A stretch of DNA of 64,000 nt. Origin: Escherichia coli (GTDB lineage Bacteria > Pseudomonadota > Gammaproteobacteria > Enterobacterales > Enterobacteriaceae). Of the stretch, positions 1 through 13,054 are shown piece after piece. The notes under the pieces are model-generated. The model did no database searches, was not told the DNA's origin, and saw nothing but the letters and a program-made list of their open reading frames with translations. Numbering within the stretch: position 1 is the stretch's first letter; the number at the start of each line of letters is the position of its first letter. Position numbers and translations under genes: made by a program. The stretch lies in assembly GCF_030013205.1 (NCBI RefSeq), contig NZ_CP122648.1, one strand, 5' to 3'.

Positions 1-84
1 TAGTGCGCTTTGTTTATGCCGGATGCGGCTAAATGAACTGCACCCCAAATGTTGGACACAATCTGACATCTGAAGGTGCAGTTT

Positions 85-581
85 ATGAAACATTCATTTG
101 AAGTAAAACTTGCCGCTGTAAATCATTACCTGGCCGGTCATGCAGGCATCATTTCTACGGCAAAACTCTTTCAACTTTCTCACACCAGCCTCTCACACTG
201 GATTAATCTTTTTCTTCTTCACGGTCCTCGGGCACTGGATTGCAGACACAAGCGTAGCTATTCTCCTGAAGATAAACTTTGCGTGGTTCTTTATGCTCTC
301 GGGCATTCTGAGTCTCTACCCCGGGTAGCTGCCCGGTTTAACATTCCCAGCCACAACACGGTTAAAAACTGGATAAAAGGCTACCGCAAATCTGGTAATG
401 AGGCCTTTATCAGGCGCAGGAAGGAGAAAAGCATGACCCGTTCTGATGATACCCATGAAAACGAGGCAAACATGACGCCGGAAGAGATGAAGAATGAGCT
501 GCGTTATCTTCGCGCAGAAAATGCATATCTGAAAGCCATGCAGGAGCATCTCCTGGAAAAAAAGCGCCAGGAGCTGGAGAA

Positions 582-606
<25 letters not shown>
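85..606 (+). CDS. insJ: IS150 OrfA (InsJ), HTH DNA-binding protein
   Basis: ORF-track 76..606 trimmed to ATG MKHSFEV; recognised InsJ sequence, 173 aa. Confidence 0.85.
558..564 (+). other. Programmed -1 ribosomal frameshift heptamer A AAA AAG joining insJ and insK frames
   Basis: Slippery heptamer in insJ frame located where the insK frame (-1) opens; typical of IS3 family. Confidence 0.55.
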
Positions 607-1465
<859 letters not shown>

Positions 1466-1550
1466 AAAACGCCTTATCCGGCCTACAAATTCTACCAAAT
1501 TCAATATATTGCAGAAATCATGTAGGCCTGATAAGCGTAGCGCATCAGGC
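1466..1550. repeat. REP/BIME palindromic units (second half of the REP split by IS150 plus one more REP)
   Basis: cgccttatccggcctaca ... gtaggcctgataagcgtagcgcatcaggc; matching first half gccggatgcggc at 18..30. Confidence 0.7.
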
Positions 1551-1555
1551 AATTT

Positions 1556-2809
1556 TTAGTGACTTTCAGCCCAGGCTCTTTCTATCTCTTCTGCCAGAAT
1601 CTTCACTCCCGCCTCAATTTTCTCCGGCTCCGGCACGTAGTTCATGCGCATACATTGATGTGTATGTGGCCACGGTTTATCCAGCCCTGGGAAGAAGTTG
1701 TGCCCCGGCACCATCAGCACGCCCCGTGCTTTCAGGCGCTGGTAGAGCTGCTCGGTCGTAATTGGCAAATCCTTAAACCATAACCAGAGGAAAATGGCTC
1801 CTTCCGGTTTATGAATCAGGCAGCGATCTTCCGGTAAATAGCGGCGAATGATAGCGATAGTTTCCTGAACACGCTGGTAGTAAAACGGTTTGATGACTGT
1901 TTCAGACAGGCGCAGCAGATCGTTACGCTTAATCATTTCACACATCATCGCCGGACCAATACCGCCAGGTGCCAGGCTGATAATGCCGTTCATATTGGTG
2001 ATGGCGGTGATGATTTTTTCATTGGCGATGATAATGCCGCAGCGGGAGCCTGGTAGCCCCAGCTTGGAAAGACTCATGCACAGTACGATATTCGGATTCC
2101 ACAGCGGGCGCGCTTCGCTGAAGATGATACCCGGGAACGGGACGCCATAAGCGTTATCAATCACCAGCGGAATGCCGTGTTGATTCGCCAGCGCGTCAAG
2201 CTTCAGCAACTCTTCGTCAGTAATCACATTGCCTGTTGGATTCGTCGGCCGGGAGACGCAAATCATCCCGGTTTCTTCGCCAATATGCAGATGCTCAAAA
2301 TCGACGTGGTATTTAAACTGGCCTTCCGGCAGTAGTTCAATATTCGGACGCGCAGAGACAAACAGATCTTCTTCCAGTCCGGCGTCAGCGTAGCCAATGT
2401 ATTCCGGTGCCAGCGGAAACAGCACTTTTTTGACCCGACCATCGGCACGGCGTCCGGCGAACAGATTAAATAAGTAGAAAAACGCGCTCTGGCTGCCGTT
2501 TGTTAGTGCAATATTCTGTGGTTCGATATCCCAGCCCAACTTCTCGCGCAGCATTCCGGCAAGCAGTGTGAGTAGCTCCGTTTTCCCCTGTGGACCGTCG
2601 TAATTGCACAGTGCATCAGTCGCTTTGCCACTTTCCAGCATGTCGGTCAGTAGCGTCTGGAAGTAGTCCTGCATTTCCGGGATCTGCGCTGGATTACCGC
2701 CGCCGAGCATAATCGCGCCAGGCGTGCGTAAACCGTCGTTCAGATCTTCCATCAGCAGCGTAATGCCGGAGTGGCGGGTAAATTTGTCACCAAAAAGGGA
2801 GAATGTCAT
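1556..2809 (-). CDS. avtA: Valine-pyruvate aminotransferase
   Basis: ORF-track 1556..2914 trimmed to MTFSLFGDKF (417 aa); recognised AvtA; PLP aminotransferase motifs. Confidence 0.92.
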   Translation of the reverse strand: MTFSLFGDKFTRHSGITLLMEDLNDGLRTPGAIMLGGGNPAQIPEMQDYFQTLLTDMLESGKATDALCNYDGPQGKTELLTLLAGMLREKLGWDIEPQNIALTNGSQSAFFYLFNLFAGRRADGRVKKVLFPLAPEYIGYADAGLEEDLFVSARPNIELLPEGQFKYHVDFEHLHIGEETGMICVSRPTNPTGNVITDEELLKLDALANQHGIPLVIDNAYGVPFPGIIFSEARPLWNPNIVLCMSLSKLGLPGSRCGIIIANEKIITAITNMNGIISLAPGGIGPAMMCEMIKRNDLLRLSETVIKPFYYQRVQETIAIIRRYLPEDRCLIHKPEGAIFLWLWFKDLPITTEQLYQRLKARGVLMVPGHNFFPGLDKPWPHTHQCMRMNYVPEPEKIEAGVKILAEEIERAWAESH

Positions 2810-2986
2810 AGCGGGATATCTGTCGAACTCTGTAGCAAGGAAGGTAACAATAACGCTACATTTGCTGGGGTGCAAATCGCTCTGTTGAAGAGGGAGCGGT
2901 GCTTTATCCTGCAACGCTGATTAGAGCTGACATTTTATCCTGGTTGGCGGCTTCCCGAGGTACTGACGAACGGGAAGCCGGAAAAG

Positions 2987-5017
2987 TCACTGTTGCCCAG
3001 CCCAGATGACCAGCACTTTATCGTCGCCATGCTCACGAACAAAGCCGTAGCCCTGCTTCATCGAAAGTGTCGTTTGTTTGCCCTCGCCAATTGCGGGATG
3101 GCGGGCGCGGAACTGGCTGATTTTCTGCCAGTGCGCGACGCTGGCGGCAGATTTACCGCTAACATCCTGCCAGTTCATATCCGAACGCGTACCTTGCAGC
3201 GGATCCGAACCGGTGGGGCCGAACGGACGCGAGGATTCATCACCATAAAAGATTTGTACCGCGCCTGGCGCTAATAATAATAACTCTGCTGCTTTGTCGC
3301 CCCCTTCACGGAACAGGCGGGTATCATGCGACGAGAGGTAGCTCAACACGTTGAAATCCTGCAATTTCTCCGCCATTTGCTGCCAGGTCGTATCCATCTG
3401 CGCCAGACAATCGACTGCTTTAGCCGCCTGCTCCTGATAATCGAAATTGATCATCGCATCGAAGCCGTGGCGATAGTAGTCACTTTGCATCACGCCGTGG
3501 CCCCAGGCTTCACCGGTCATCCAGAAAGGTTTGTCATCTAACGCTTTATCGGGGTTCGCTTTTTTCCATTCGCGAAGCGCGGCGCTGGCTTCGGTTTTCA
3601 GTTGCTGCCAGGCGGGCAACTCAACATGTTTGGCGGTGTCGACCCGAAAACCATCAATCCCATAGTCGCGGACCCACTGACTTAACCAGTGGGTTAAGTA
3701 ATCGCGAGGGGTAAAGCCGTCGATGACTTTAGCGTGGGTATCCGTTTTGTTTTTATAGAACACCGGCAGACCAGAAGCGGTCGTTGATTCGGTTTTGATA
3801 TCCGGCAAAAAGGCCAGCGACATAGTGAGATCGTCAAATCCAGGATTGTCGTAATCGCCGATATCGGTTCTGATCCAGTTTTTTCCCCACCATTTATCCC
3901 AGCCTGTTTTGTCGCTGAAATTAATGTAATCGTTAAAGCTATGCCAGGTTTGCCCGGCGGCAGGTTTCCAGTCACTCCAGCGTTCACCCAGCGTTTTTTT
4001 CAGCTCGTCACCAGAAAGATATAACGCGCCAAACTGATACTCCTGCATATCCGCCAGCGTGGCATAGCCGGTGTGGTTCATCACGACATCAAAGAGAATA
4101 CGAATACCGCGCTGATGCGCGCTATCAACCAGCGTCCGTAGATCGGCTTCACTGCCCATATTGGCATCAAGATTCGTCCAGTCCTGTGTGTAATAACCGT
4201 GGTAGGCATAATGCGGGAAATCACCTTTTGTACCGCCGCCGACCCAGCCGTGAATTTGCTCAAATGGGGCGCTTATCCATAAAGCATTAACGCCCAACTG
4301 CTGGAGGTAATCCAGTTTGTTGGTCAGGCCGCGTAAATCGCCGCCGTGAAAAGTGCCAATTTCTGCCATACCGTCTTTATGACGTCCGTAACTCTGGTCA
4401 TTACTGGGATCGCCGTTTTCGAAACGATCTGTCAGCACAAAGTAAACTGTGGCGTTATGCCAGTCAAAAGGGGCAGGGGCGTCAGTTTCTGCCCGTTCCA
4501 GCAGGAGTAAACCGTTGCTGGTGGCAGCGGGTTGTAACGTTATTTGACCGTTCTTCACTATCGCAATTTGCTGGCTGTAATAATCCCGTACGGCGGCTCC
4601 TTCCGGGAAAGTGGCGCTGACATCCAGTGTGAGCGGTAATCCATCCCATTTCGGGCATTCACGGACCAGGCTTGCTACCGGTTCGACGGCGTTCTGGATG
4701 GAAATCATCAATGTTGGTGTACCGGAGCGGGTGTCTAGTTGCAGCGTATATTCGCCGTCCCTGAACAATCGCCATTGAGGCGGCGTGTTGCTACAAGGTT
4801 GCAGGGAAAGCATCTGATTGAGTTTTATCGCATCCGCAGGCTGCCAGCACTGTTGGTCAAAATTTAGCGTTAGTGGACGCGTACCTTTGGGCAACTGTGC
4901 GTGGCTGACAAATGTTCCCGTCCCCTGTTCGCTAAAGGCGGGAAACCCCGGAGAAGTCCAGCTGGCGGCAACGGCGAAGCCAGGAAGGAGCGTCAGAAAA
5001 CAGGCGGCGAGTTTCAT
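2987..5017 (-). CDS. malS: Periplasmic alpha-amylase
   Basis: 676 aa with signal peptide MKLAACFLTLLPGFAVAA; glycoside hydrolase family 13 motifs; recognised MalS. Confidence 0.95.
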   Translation of the reverse strand: MKLAACFLTLLPGFAVAASWTSPGFPAFSEQGTGTFVSHAQLPKGTRPLTLNFDQQCWQPADAIKLNQMLSLQPCSNTPPQWRLFRDGEYTLQLDTRSGTPTLMISIQNAVEPVASLVRECPKWDGLPLTLDVSATFPEGAAVRDYYSQQIAIVKNGQITLQPAATSNGLLLLERAETDAPAPFDWHNATVYFVLTDRFENGDPSNDQSYGRHKDGMAEIGTFHGGDLRGLTNKLDYLQQLGVNALWISAPFEQIHGWVGGGTKGDFPHYAYHGYYTQDWTNLDANMGSEADLRTLVDSAHQRGIRILFDVVMNHTGYATLADMQEYQFGALYLSGDELKKTLGERWSDWKPAAGQTWHSFNDYINFSDKTGWDKWWGKNWIRTDIGDYDNPGFDDLTMSLAFLPDIKTESTTASGLPVFYKNKTDTHAKVIDGFTPRDYLTHWLSQWVRDYGIDGFRVDTAKHVELPAWQQLKTEASAALREWKKANPDKALDDKPFWMTGEAWGHGVMQSDYYRHGFDAMINFDYQEQAAKAVDCLAQMDTTWQQMAEKLQDFNVLSYLSSHDTRLFREGGDKAAELLLLAPGAVQIFYGDESSRPFGPTGSDPLQGTRSDMNWQDVSGKSAASVAHWQKISQFRARHPAIGEGKQTTLSMKQGYGFVREHGDDKVLVIWAGQQ

Positions 5018-5336
5018 GGTGAATGAGTCCTTATTGCTGCGATTTCAGACAGTTTGCCAGCGATAAGCCAGACAAAACTCATCCCTGAGCGGTAAGTCCA
5101 CAGGATGAGAAGCAAGGGTGAGCGATCGCGCGCAAAAAACGGCTGAATTTTGCGATAAACCCCACATTTTCTGCGATTTAGCGCCAATCTGAATCGTTAA
5201 CTCGTGACATAGTTTCAGATTTGGACTATTCCTTGGGGTGCTCTTGACAGCTATTTTTGATATGATTTGAGATTCAACTCTCAAATTTGTGAAAAATATA
5301 AGGTGTTGGAATGATTAAATCCGACCAGGAGACCTG

Positions 5337-6161
5337 ATGATTTTGACTCCCATACGACGATATGGGGCGATGATTCTTATGTTACTCACTCTGGTGTTTT
5401 CGAGTGAGGTGTTAGCGAAGACGCACACAACAACAGCGAGTCAAAAGTCCCACTTAACTAAAGCTAGTAATAAACAGGTAAGCAGTAAACAAGAGTATTC
5501 TCGCAATAGTGCAAAGAGTAGTTCACTTCCTGATTTGCGAAAATACCCTTCCGGAACACCAAGGAAAAAGGCGTTTCTCCGGACTGTGATGCCTTACATT
5601 ACCAGCCAAAATGCGGCCATTACTGCGGAACGTAACTGGCTGATTTCAAAACAGTATCAGGGCCAATGGTCACCTGCTGAGCGTGCGCGTCTGAAAGACA
5701 TCGCCAAACGCTACAAGGTGAAGTGGTCTGGTAATCCGCGAAAAATCCCGTGGAATACCTTGCTTGAACGCGTAGACATTATCCCCACCAGTATGGTAGC
5801 GACGATGGCTGCAGCAGAAAGCGGTTGGGGAACGTCGAAGCTGGCGCGCAACAACAACAATCTGTTCGGCATGAAATGCATGAAAGGACGTTGTACTAAT
5901 GCGCCGGGTAAAGTGAAGGGGTACTCACAGTTTAGTTCTGTCAAAGAATCGGTGAGCGCCTATGTTACTAACCTGAATACGCATCCGGCTTACTCTTCGT
6001 TCCGTAAATCGCGTGCACAGCTGCGTAAAGCAGATCAGGAAGTGACTGCCACAGCGATGATTCACAAGCTGAAGGGCTACTCGACCAAAGGGAAGAGTTA
6101 TAACAACTACCTGTTCGCAATGTACCAGGATAACCAACGGTTAATCGCGGCACATATGTAA
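5337..6161 (+). CDS. bax: Bax protein (putative glucosaminidase-like)
   Basis: 274 aa, recognised sequence and position between malS and xylR. Confidence 0.9.
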   Translation: MILTPIRRYGAMILMLLTLVFSSEVLAKTHTTTASQKSHLTKASNKQVSSKQEYSRNSAKSSSLPDLRKYPSGTPRKKAFLRTVMPYITSQNAAITAERNWLISKQYQGQWSPAERARLKDIAKRYKVKWSGNPRKIPWNTLLERVDIIPTSMVATMAAAESGWGTSKLARNNNNLFGMKCMKGRCTNAPGKVKGYSQFSSVKESVSAYVTNLNTHPAYSSFRKSRAQLRKADQEVTATAMIHKLKGYSTKGKSYNNYLFAMYQDNQRLIAAHM

Positions 6162-6175
6162 TTGCATTTCCTCGA

Positions 6176-6210
6176 GCCTTATCCGACTTGTCGGTCGGAT
6201 AAGGCTTTTG
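6176..6210 (+). terminator. Intrinsic terminator downstream of bax
   Basis: Perfect 12-bp stem gccttatccgac/gtcggataaggc followed by TTTT. Confidence 0.5.
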
Positions 6211-6268
6211 CTCCCATCAGGTGATTGTGCTGAGTTACCTGATGCGACGCCGACAATTCTCATCATCG

Positions 6269-7447
6269 CTACAACATGACCTCGCTATTTACATCGCGAT
6301 ACTCTTTTGGCGTCGTGTCATATGCTTTTTTAAAAACAGAGTAGAAATATTGCAGCGATGGATAACCGCACATTTGCGATATCTCATTGATCGACAAGGT
6401 GGTTGAAATCAGCAGACTGCGCGCTTTCTCCAGCTTCTCGGCATGAATCATGGCATGGATGGTTTCACCCACCTCTTCTTTAAAACGCTTCTCAAGATTG
6501 GAGCGTGATATGCCCACCGCATCCAGTACCTGATCCACTTTAATCCCTTTACAGGCGTGATTACGAATGTAATGCATGGCCTGAATAACGGCGGGATCGG
6601 TCAGCGAGCGGTAATCTGTTGAGCGCCGTTCAATGACGCGAACTGGCGGGACCAAAATCCGCTGTAGCGGCATTTCTTCTTTATCTAATAATCGATGCAA
6701 CAGTTTTGCCGCCTGATAGCCCATTTGCCGCGCGCCCTGAGCGACCGAAGAAAGGGCGACACGCGACAGATAGCGGGTCAGTTCTTCGTTATCGATGCCA
6801 ATCACGCATAATTTTTCCGGTACGGGAATATGTAGATGTTCACATACTTGCAGAATATGCCGCGCCCGGGCGTCAGTAACGGCAATAATCCCGGTTTGCG
6901 GTGGCAGCGTTTGTAGCCAGTCTGCCAGCCGATTTTGCGCGTGTTGCCAGTTCTCTGGCGCGGTTTCTAACCCCTGATAAACCACTCCGCGATACTTTTC
7001 TTCGGCGACAAGCTGACGAAATGCATATTCGCGTTCAGTGGCCCAACGTTTACCGCTTGATTCCGGAAGACCATAAAAAGCAAAGCGGTTAACGCCTTTC
7101 TCTTTTAAATGCAAAAATGCGCTTTCAACCAGCGCATAGTTATCGGTGGCAATGTAATGAACGGGTGGGTAACTTTCGGCAAGGTGATACGAGCCACCAA
7201 CCCCAACAATGGGGACGTCGACATCAGCCAGCGCTTGCTCGATTTGTTTGTCGTCGAAGTCGGCAATGACGCCATCTCCTAACCAGTCCTTGATTTTATC
7301 AATGCGGGCGCGGAAATCTTCTTCAATGAAAATATCCCATTCCGATTGTGACGCCTGTAAATATTCCCCTACGCCTTCTACTACCTGCCGGTCATAGGCT
7401 TTATTGGCATTGAACAGTAATGTGATGCGGTGACGTTTAGTAAACAT
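6269..7447 (-). CDS. xylR: Xylose operon transcriptional activator (AraC family)
   Basis: 392 aa; periplasmic-binding-like N domain plus C-terminal AraC HTH; recognised XylR. Confidence 0.95.
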   Translation of the reverse strand: MFTKRHRITLLFNANKAYDRQVVEGVGEYLQASQSEWDIFIEEDFRARIDKIKDWLGDGVIADFDDKQIEQALADVDVPIVGVGGSYHLAESYPPVHYIATDNYALVESAFLHLKEKGVNRFAFYGLPESSGKRWATEREYAFRQLVAEEKYRGVVYQGLETAPENWQHAQNRLADWLQTLPPQTGIIAVTDARARHILQVCEHLHIPVPEKLCVIGIDNEELTRYLSRVALSSVAQGARQMGYQAAKLLHRLLDKEEMPLQRILVPPVRVIERRSTDYRSLTDPAVIQAMHYIRNHACKGIKVDQVLDAVGISRSNLEKRFKEEVGETIHAMIHAEKLEKARSLLISTTLSINEISQMCGYPSLQYFYSVFKKAYDTTPKEYRDVNSEVML

Positions 7448-7524
7448 GGTTCTTTTCCTGCTGAATCATGCAAAAACTCAAAACCGGTAATACGTTACCG
7501 GCTTTGAGAAAATTTTTATCAAAA

Positions 7525-8706
7525 TCAAGAACGGCGTTTGGTTGCGGAGTCCATCCATACTGCCAGCAACAGAATCGCACCTTTAACGATATACTGCCAG
7601 AAGGTCGGTACATCCATCATACTCATGCCGTTATCCAGTGAAGCCATGATGAATGCCCCCATTACCGCTCCGGCCACGCTCCCGACGCCGCCTGCCAGAC
7701 TGGTGCCGCCAATCACGCATGCTGCAATTGCGTCCAGCTCGGCGATATTTCCCGCAGAAGGTGAACCAGCGCCAAGTCGAGAACTGAGGATTAATCCGGC
7801 GATGGCTACCATTAATCCGTTAATAGCGAACACGGCAAGTTTGGTGCGTTCAACGTTAATCCCGGAGAGCCGTGCTGCTTCCAGATTGCCGCCGATGGCA
7901 TAAATGCGTCGTCCAAATGCCGTCCGCGTTGCCATAAACATTCCGCCGAGTAACAGCAACGTCAGCAGCAGAACAGGAGTGGGAACGCCACGGTAATCAT
8001 TCAACAGCCAGATTGCGCCTAATACGATGATAGCGGTTAAAGCCTGGCGACCGACTACTGCGGTAGAAGCCGGAGACTGCAAACCCAAAGCCTGACGGCG
8101 CATTCTTCCGCGCCATTGCCAGCCAACAAAAGCCATTAAGCCAAGCGCGCCAATGATGAAGCCGGTGCTGGCGGGTAGATAGCTTTGCCCGATTTGTGAC
8201 ATCGCGGCGCTGGTGGGGGAAACAGTCGTGCCGTTGGTGATGCCTATGAGTATGCCGCGAAATGCCAACATGCCCGCGAGGGTGACAATAAATGAAGGGA
8301 CTTTGCGGTACGCGACCCACCATCCGTTCCAGGCACCGAGAAGCAGTCCCAGAACCAAAGTCACAATGATGGTAAGTGGCAAAGGCCAGCCTAGCCAGAC
8401 GTCACAAATCGCCGCGACGCCACCTAACAGCCCCATCATTGAGCCGACGGAAAGGTCGATTTCAGCAGAAATTATGACGAACACCATTCCTACCGCGAGG
8501 ATGCCGGTAATCGCGGTTTGGCGTAACAGGTTGGAGACGTTACGGGCGCTTAAGTAGGCACCATCGGTGGTCCAGGTAAAGAACAGCATGATTGCGATGA
8601 TAGCTGCAATCATCACGAAGACCTGCAAATTCAGTGATTTCAGCCCGGAAAAGCCACCGGATGTCGGTACGGCTAATTTCACTTCAGACGGATTGCTTTT
8701 CGACAT
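7525..8706 (-). CDS. xylH: Xylose ABC transporter permease
   Basis: 393 aa polytopic membrane protein; synteny. Confidence 0.95.
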
Positions 8707-10225
8707 GATGTTCGCTCCTCAATGCGGCTTCCATCACCTGCTCCTGAGTCAGGTTATGATTTATCAGGTTGGCTTTTAGTTTCCCTTCATGCATCACCAG
8801 TACACGATCGCTAAGGCCGAGCACTTCAGGTAATTCGGAAGAGATGACAATAACGGCAATACCCTGCTGGACGAGTTGGTTAATTAATTTGTAGATCTCG
8901 TATTTCGCGCCAATATCGATACCCCTGGTAGGTTCATCAAGAATGAGGATGCGCGGGTTAAGTAACAGACAGCGAGCGAGGATCGCTTTTTGCTGATTGC
9001 CGCCGCTCAAACGTCCAATAGCAAGGTCGGGGGACGACGTTTTAACTTTGAGTTGCTGGATTGATTCCAGAATACATTTTTGCTCTGCAGCGTCATCAAG
9101 CTGGCTAATGCCACCGGTAAATTTATTGAGTGCGGCGAGAGTAATATTTTTACCAACCGCCATTACCGGAACGATGCCGTCGCGCTTTCTGTCTTCGGGT
9201 ACCATCGCAATCCCCTGGGCGATGGCTTGCTGACAGTTACGAATATCTACCTGTTTGCCATCAATATAAATTTTTCCTTCCCATTGTCCGGGCCACACGC
9301 CAAACAGGCACTGAATGGTCTCGGTACGTCCGGCACCAACGAGTCCGGCAATACCCAGTATTTCGCCACGTTTCAGGGAAAACGAGACATCATTAACTCG
9401 TTTAATATGACGATTAACCGGATGCCATGCCGTCAGATGTTCAATACGTAATATTTCATCTCCGGTGGTATGTGGTTCATTTGGGTAAAGCGCGGTTAAC
9501 TCTCGCCCGACCATCATGGTGATAATATCGTCTTCACTCATTCCGGCAGCATCACGCGTACCAATGTGCTGACCGTCGCGAATAACGCAAATCGTATCGG
9601 AAATCGCTTTGACTTCGTTGAGTTTATGCGAAATATAAATACAGGCGATACCGTGCTGTTGTAGATCGCGAATAATATCCAGTAAAACCGACGTTTCCTG
9701 CTCAGTTAATGAGGCTGTCGGCTCATCGAGAATTAACAAACGCACCTGTTTATTAAGTGCCTTGGCAATTTCAACCAGTTGTTGTTGCCCAAGCCCTAAA
9801 TCGCCAACGCGGGTATCTGGTGAAATAGATAAACTGACCTGTACGAGCAGCTTCTGACAGCGTAGTGTCATCAGGTCATAATCCATAATGCCATTGTGGG
9901 TTATTTCGTTACCCAGGAAGATATTTTCCAGCACAGTCAATTCTTTCACCAGGGCCAATTCCTGGTGAATGATGGCGATACCTTTGCGTTCGGTATCGCG
10001 GATGTGACTCGCCTGAATCTCTTCTCCCGCAAAAATAATTTCGCCTTCGTAGGAGCCATGGGGATAAATACCACACAGCACTTTCATCAGCGTTGATTTA
10101 CCAGACCCATTTTCCCCACAGAGTGAGACGATTTCGCCAGCATTCAACCGCAAGCTGACGTTATCAATCGCCTTCACACTGCCGAAGGTTTTGGTAATGT
10201 TCTTCATTTCAAGTAGATAAGGCAT
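8684..10225 (-). CDS. xylG: Xylose ABC transporter ATP-binding protein (tandem ABC domains)
   Basis: 513 aa, two Walker A motifs ([18 protein letters not shown]), LSGG signatures; 23-bp overlap with xylH. Confidence 0.95.
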
Positions 10226-10302
10226 AACGACTCCACCTAAGCCAATTCATTCACGCGGCATGGAGAGAAATCACGCCCCCGCTCCTCGCCGGGGCGTAAC
10301 GC

Positions 10303-11295
10303 TTACAGCTCGCTCTCTTTGTGGAATCCGTCTTTAACTACCGTTTCTTTGATGTTGTTTTTATTCACATCGATCGGTGTCAGCAGGCGGGAGGGAACAT
10401 CTTTCAGACCATTATTCAGAGTGGTATCTGCTTTTGGTTCCTGACCATTGCCCAACTCAACGGCAATTTCTGCGGCAGTATTTGCCAACAATGTAATAGG
10501 TTTATACACCGTCATAGTTTGCGTACCGGCAGCAATACGTTTAATACCTGCGAGATCCGCATCCTGGCCGGAAATTGCTACTTTCCCTGATAAACCTTGC
10601 GCACTTAATGCCTGAATTGCCCCACCTGCGGTGGCATCGTTTGAGGCAACTACAGCATCAATTTTGTTATTATTGGCGGTTAGCGCGTTTTCCATAATTT
10701 TCAATGCGTTTTCCGGTAACCAGCCATCAACCCATTGGTCACCAACGACTTTAATTTTTCCGGAATCAACGTAAGGTTTTAACACTTTCATTTGCCCGGC
10801 GCGGAACAGCTTGGCGTTGTTATCTACCGGCGAGCCGCCCATCAGGAAGTAATTACCTTGCGGAACAATATCGACCAGGGCTTTTGCCTGCAGTTCACCG
10901 ACTTTTTCGTTATCGAAAGAAATATAAAAATCGATATCCGCATCGTTAATCATACGGTCGTAAGCTAATACTTTAATACCTTCTTGTTTGGCTTCTTTTA
11001 CAACGTTACTTAATACCTGACCGTTATACGGAATAATGACAAGAACATCGACGCCCCGGTTAATCATGTTTTCAATCTGCGACATTTGTGTTTCTTCATT
11101 GCCATTTGCAGACTGTACAAATACTTTCGCGCCGAGAGATTCTGCCTTTTTCACAAAAATATCTCGATCTTTTTGCCAGCGTTCAAGACGGAGATCATCA
11201 ATCGCCATACCTATTTTGACTTCTTTGGCGTGTGCCGCAACGTTGGTAAGCAGAAGTGAGGTGCAAAGGGTGAGTAGAATGTTCTTTATTTTCAT
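10303..11295 (-). CDS. xylF: Xylose-binding periplasmic protein
   Basis: ORF-track 10303..11373 trimmed to MKIKNILLTL (330 aa, signal peptide). Confidence 0.93.
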   Translation of the reverse strand: MKIKNILLTLCTSLLLTNVAAHAKEVKIGMAIDDLRLERWQKDRDIFVKKAESLGAKVFVQSANGNEETQMSQIENMINRGVDVLVIIPYNGQVLSNVVKEAKQEGIKVLAYDRMINDADIDFYISFDNEKVGELQAKALVDIVPQGNYFLMGGSPVDNNAKLFRAGQMKVLKPYVDSGKIKVVGDQWVDGWLPENALKIMENALTANNNKIDAVVASNDATAGGAIQALSAQGLSGKVAISGQDADLAGIKRIAAGTQTMTVYKPITLLANTAAEIAVELGNGQEPKADTTLNNGLKDVPSRLLTPIDVNKNNIKETVVKDGFHKESEL

Positions 11296-11660
11296 GGTGT
11301 AGGGCCTTCTGTAGGTAGAGGACAGCTTTAATAAGTAACAATCACCGCGATAAACGTAACCAATTTTTAGCAACTAAACAGGGGAAAACAATTACAGATT
11401 TTTATCTTTCGATTACGATTTTTGGTTTATTTCTTGATTTATGACCGAGATCTTACTTTTGTTGCGCAATTGTACTTATTGCATTTTTCTCTTCGAGGAA
11501 TTACCCAGTTTCCTCATTCCATTTTATTTTGCGAGCGAGCGCACACTTGTGAATTATCTCAATAGCAGTGTGAAATAACATAATTGAGCAACTGAAAGGG
11601 AGTGCCCAATATTACGACATCATCCATCACCCGCGGCATTACCTGATTATGGAGTTCAAT
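11296..11660. promoter_or_regulatory. Divergent xylFGH / xylAB control region (XylR and CRP sites expected)
   Basis: 365-bp AT-rich intergenic region between divergent xylF and xylA; individual sites not mapped by me. Confidence 0.65.
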
Positions 11661-12983
11661 ATGCAAGCCTATTTTGACCAGCTCGATCGCGTTCGTTATG
11701 AAGGCTCAAAATCCTCTAACCCGTTAGCATTCCATCACTATAATCCCGACGAACTGGTGTTGGGCAAGCGTATGGAAGAGCACTTGCGATTTGCCGCCTG
11801 CTACTGGCACACCTTCTGCTGGAACGGGGCGGACATGTTTGGTGTGGGGGCGTTTAATCGTCCGTGGCAGCAGCCTGGTGAGGCACTGGCGTTGGCGAAG
11901 CGTAAAGCAGATGTCGCATTTGAGTTTTTCCACAAGTTACATGTGCCATTTTATTGCTTCCACGACGTGGATGTTTCCCCTGAGGGCGCGTCGTTAAAAG
12001 AGTACATCAATAATTTTGCGCAAATGGTTGATGTCCTGGCAGGCAAGCAAGAAGAGAGCGGCGTGAAGCTGCTGTGGGGAACCGCTAACTGCTTTACAAA
12101 CCCTCGCTACGGCGCGGGTGCGGCGACGAACCCAGATCCTGAAGTCTTCAGCTGGGCGGCAACGCAAGTTGTTACAGCGATGGAAGCAACCCATAAATTG
12201 GGTGGTGAAAACTATGTCCTGTGGGGCGGTCGTGAAGGTTACGAAACGCTGTTAAATACCGACCTGCGTCAGGAGCGTGAACAACTGGGCCGCTTTATGC
12301 AGATGGTGGTTGAGCATAAACATAAAATCGGCTTCCAGGGTACGTTGCTTATCGAACCGAAACCGCAAGAACCGACCAAACATCAATATGATTACGATGC
12401 TGCGACAGTCTATGGCTTCCTGAAACAGTTTGGTCTGGAAAAAGAGATTAAACTGAACATTGAAGCTAACCACGCGACGCTGGCAGGTCACTCTTTCCAT
12501 CATGAAATAGCCACCGCCATTGCGCTTGGCCTGTTCGGTTCTGTCGACGCTAACCGTGGCGATGCACAACTGGGCTGGGATACCGACCAGTTCCCGAACA
12601 GTGTGGAAGAGAATGCGCTGGTGATGTATGAAATTCTCAAAGCAGGCGGTTTCACCACCGGCGGTCTGAACTTCGATGCCAAAGTACGTCGTCAAAGTAC
12701 TGATAAATATGATCTGTTTTACGGTCATATCGGCGCGATGGATACGATGGCGTTGGCGCTGAAAATTGCAGCACGCATGATTGAAGATGGTGAGCTGGAT
12801 AAACGCATCGCGCAGCGTTATTCCGGCTGGAATAGCGAATTAGGCCAGCAAATCCTGAAAGGCCAAATGTCACTGGCAGATTTAGCCAAATATGCTCAGG
12901 AACACAATTTGTCTCCGGTGCATCAGAGTGGTCGCCAGGAGCAACTGGAAAATCTGGTAAACCATTATCTGTTCGACAAATAA
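11661..12983 (+). CDS. xylA: Xylose isomerase
   Basis: ORF-track 11649..12983 trimmed to [10 protein letters not shown] (440 aa); recognised XylA. Confidence 0.95.
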   Translation: MQAYFDQLDRVRYEGSKSSNPLAFHHYNPDELVLGKRMEEHLRFAACYWHTFCWNGADMFGVGAFNRPWQQPGEALALAKRKADVAFEFFHKLHVPFYCFHDVDVSPEGASLKEYINNFAQMVDVLAGKQEESGVKLLWGTANCFTNPRYGAGAATNPDPEVFSWAATQVVTAMEATHKLGGENYVLWGGREGYETLLNTDLRQEREQLGRFMQMVVEHKHKIGFQGTLLIEPKPQEPTKHQYDYDAATVYGFLKQFGLEKEIKLNIEANHATLAGHSFHHEIATAIALGLFGSVDANRGDAQLGWDTDQFPNSVEENALVMYEILKAGGFTTGGLNFDAKVRRQSTDKYDLFYGHIGAMDTMALALKIAARMIEDGELDKRIAQRYSGWNSELGQQILKGQMSLADLAKYAQEHNLSPVHQSGRQEQLENLVNHYLFDK

Positions 12984-13054
12984 CGGCTAACTGTGCAGTC
13001 CGTTGGCCCGGTTATCGGTAGCGATACCGGGCATTTTTTTAAGGAACGATCGAT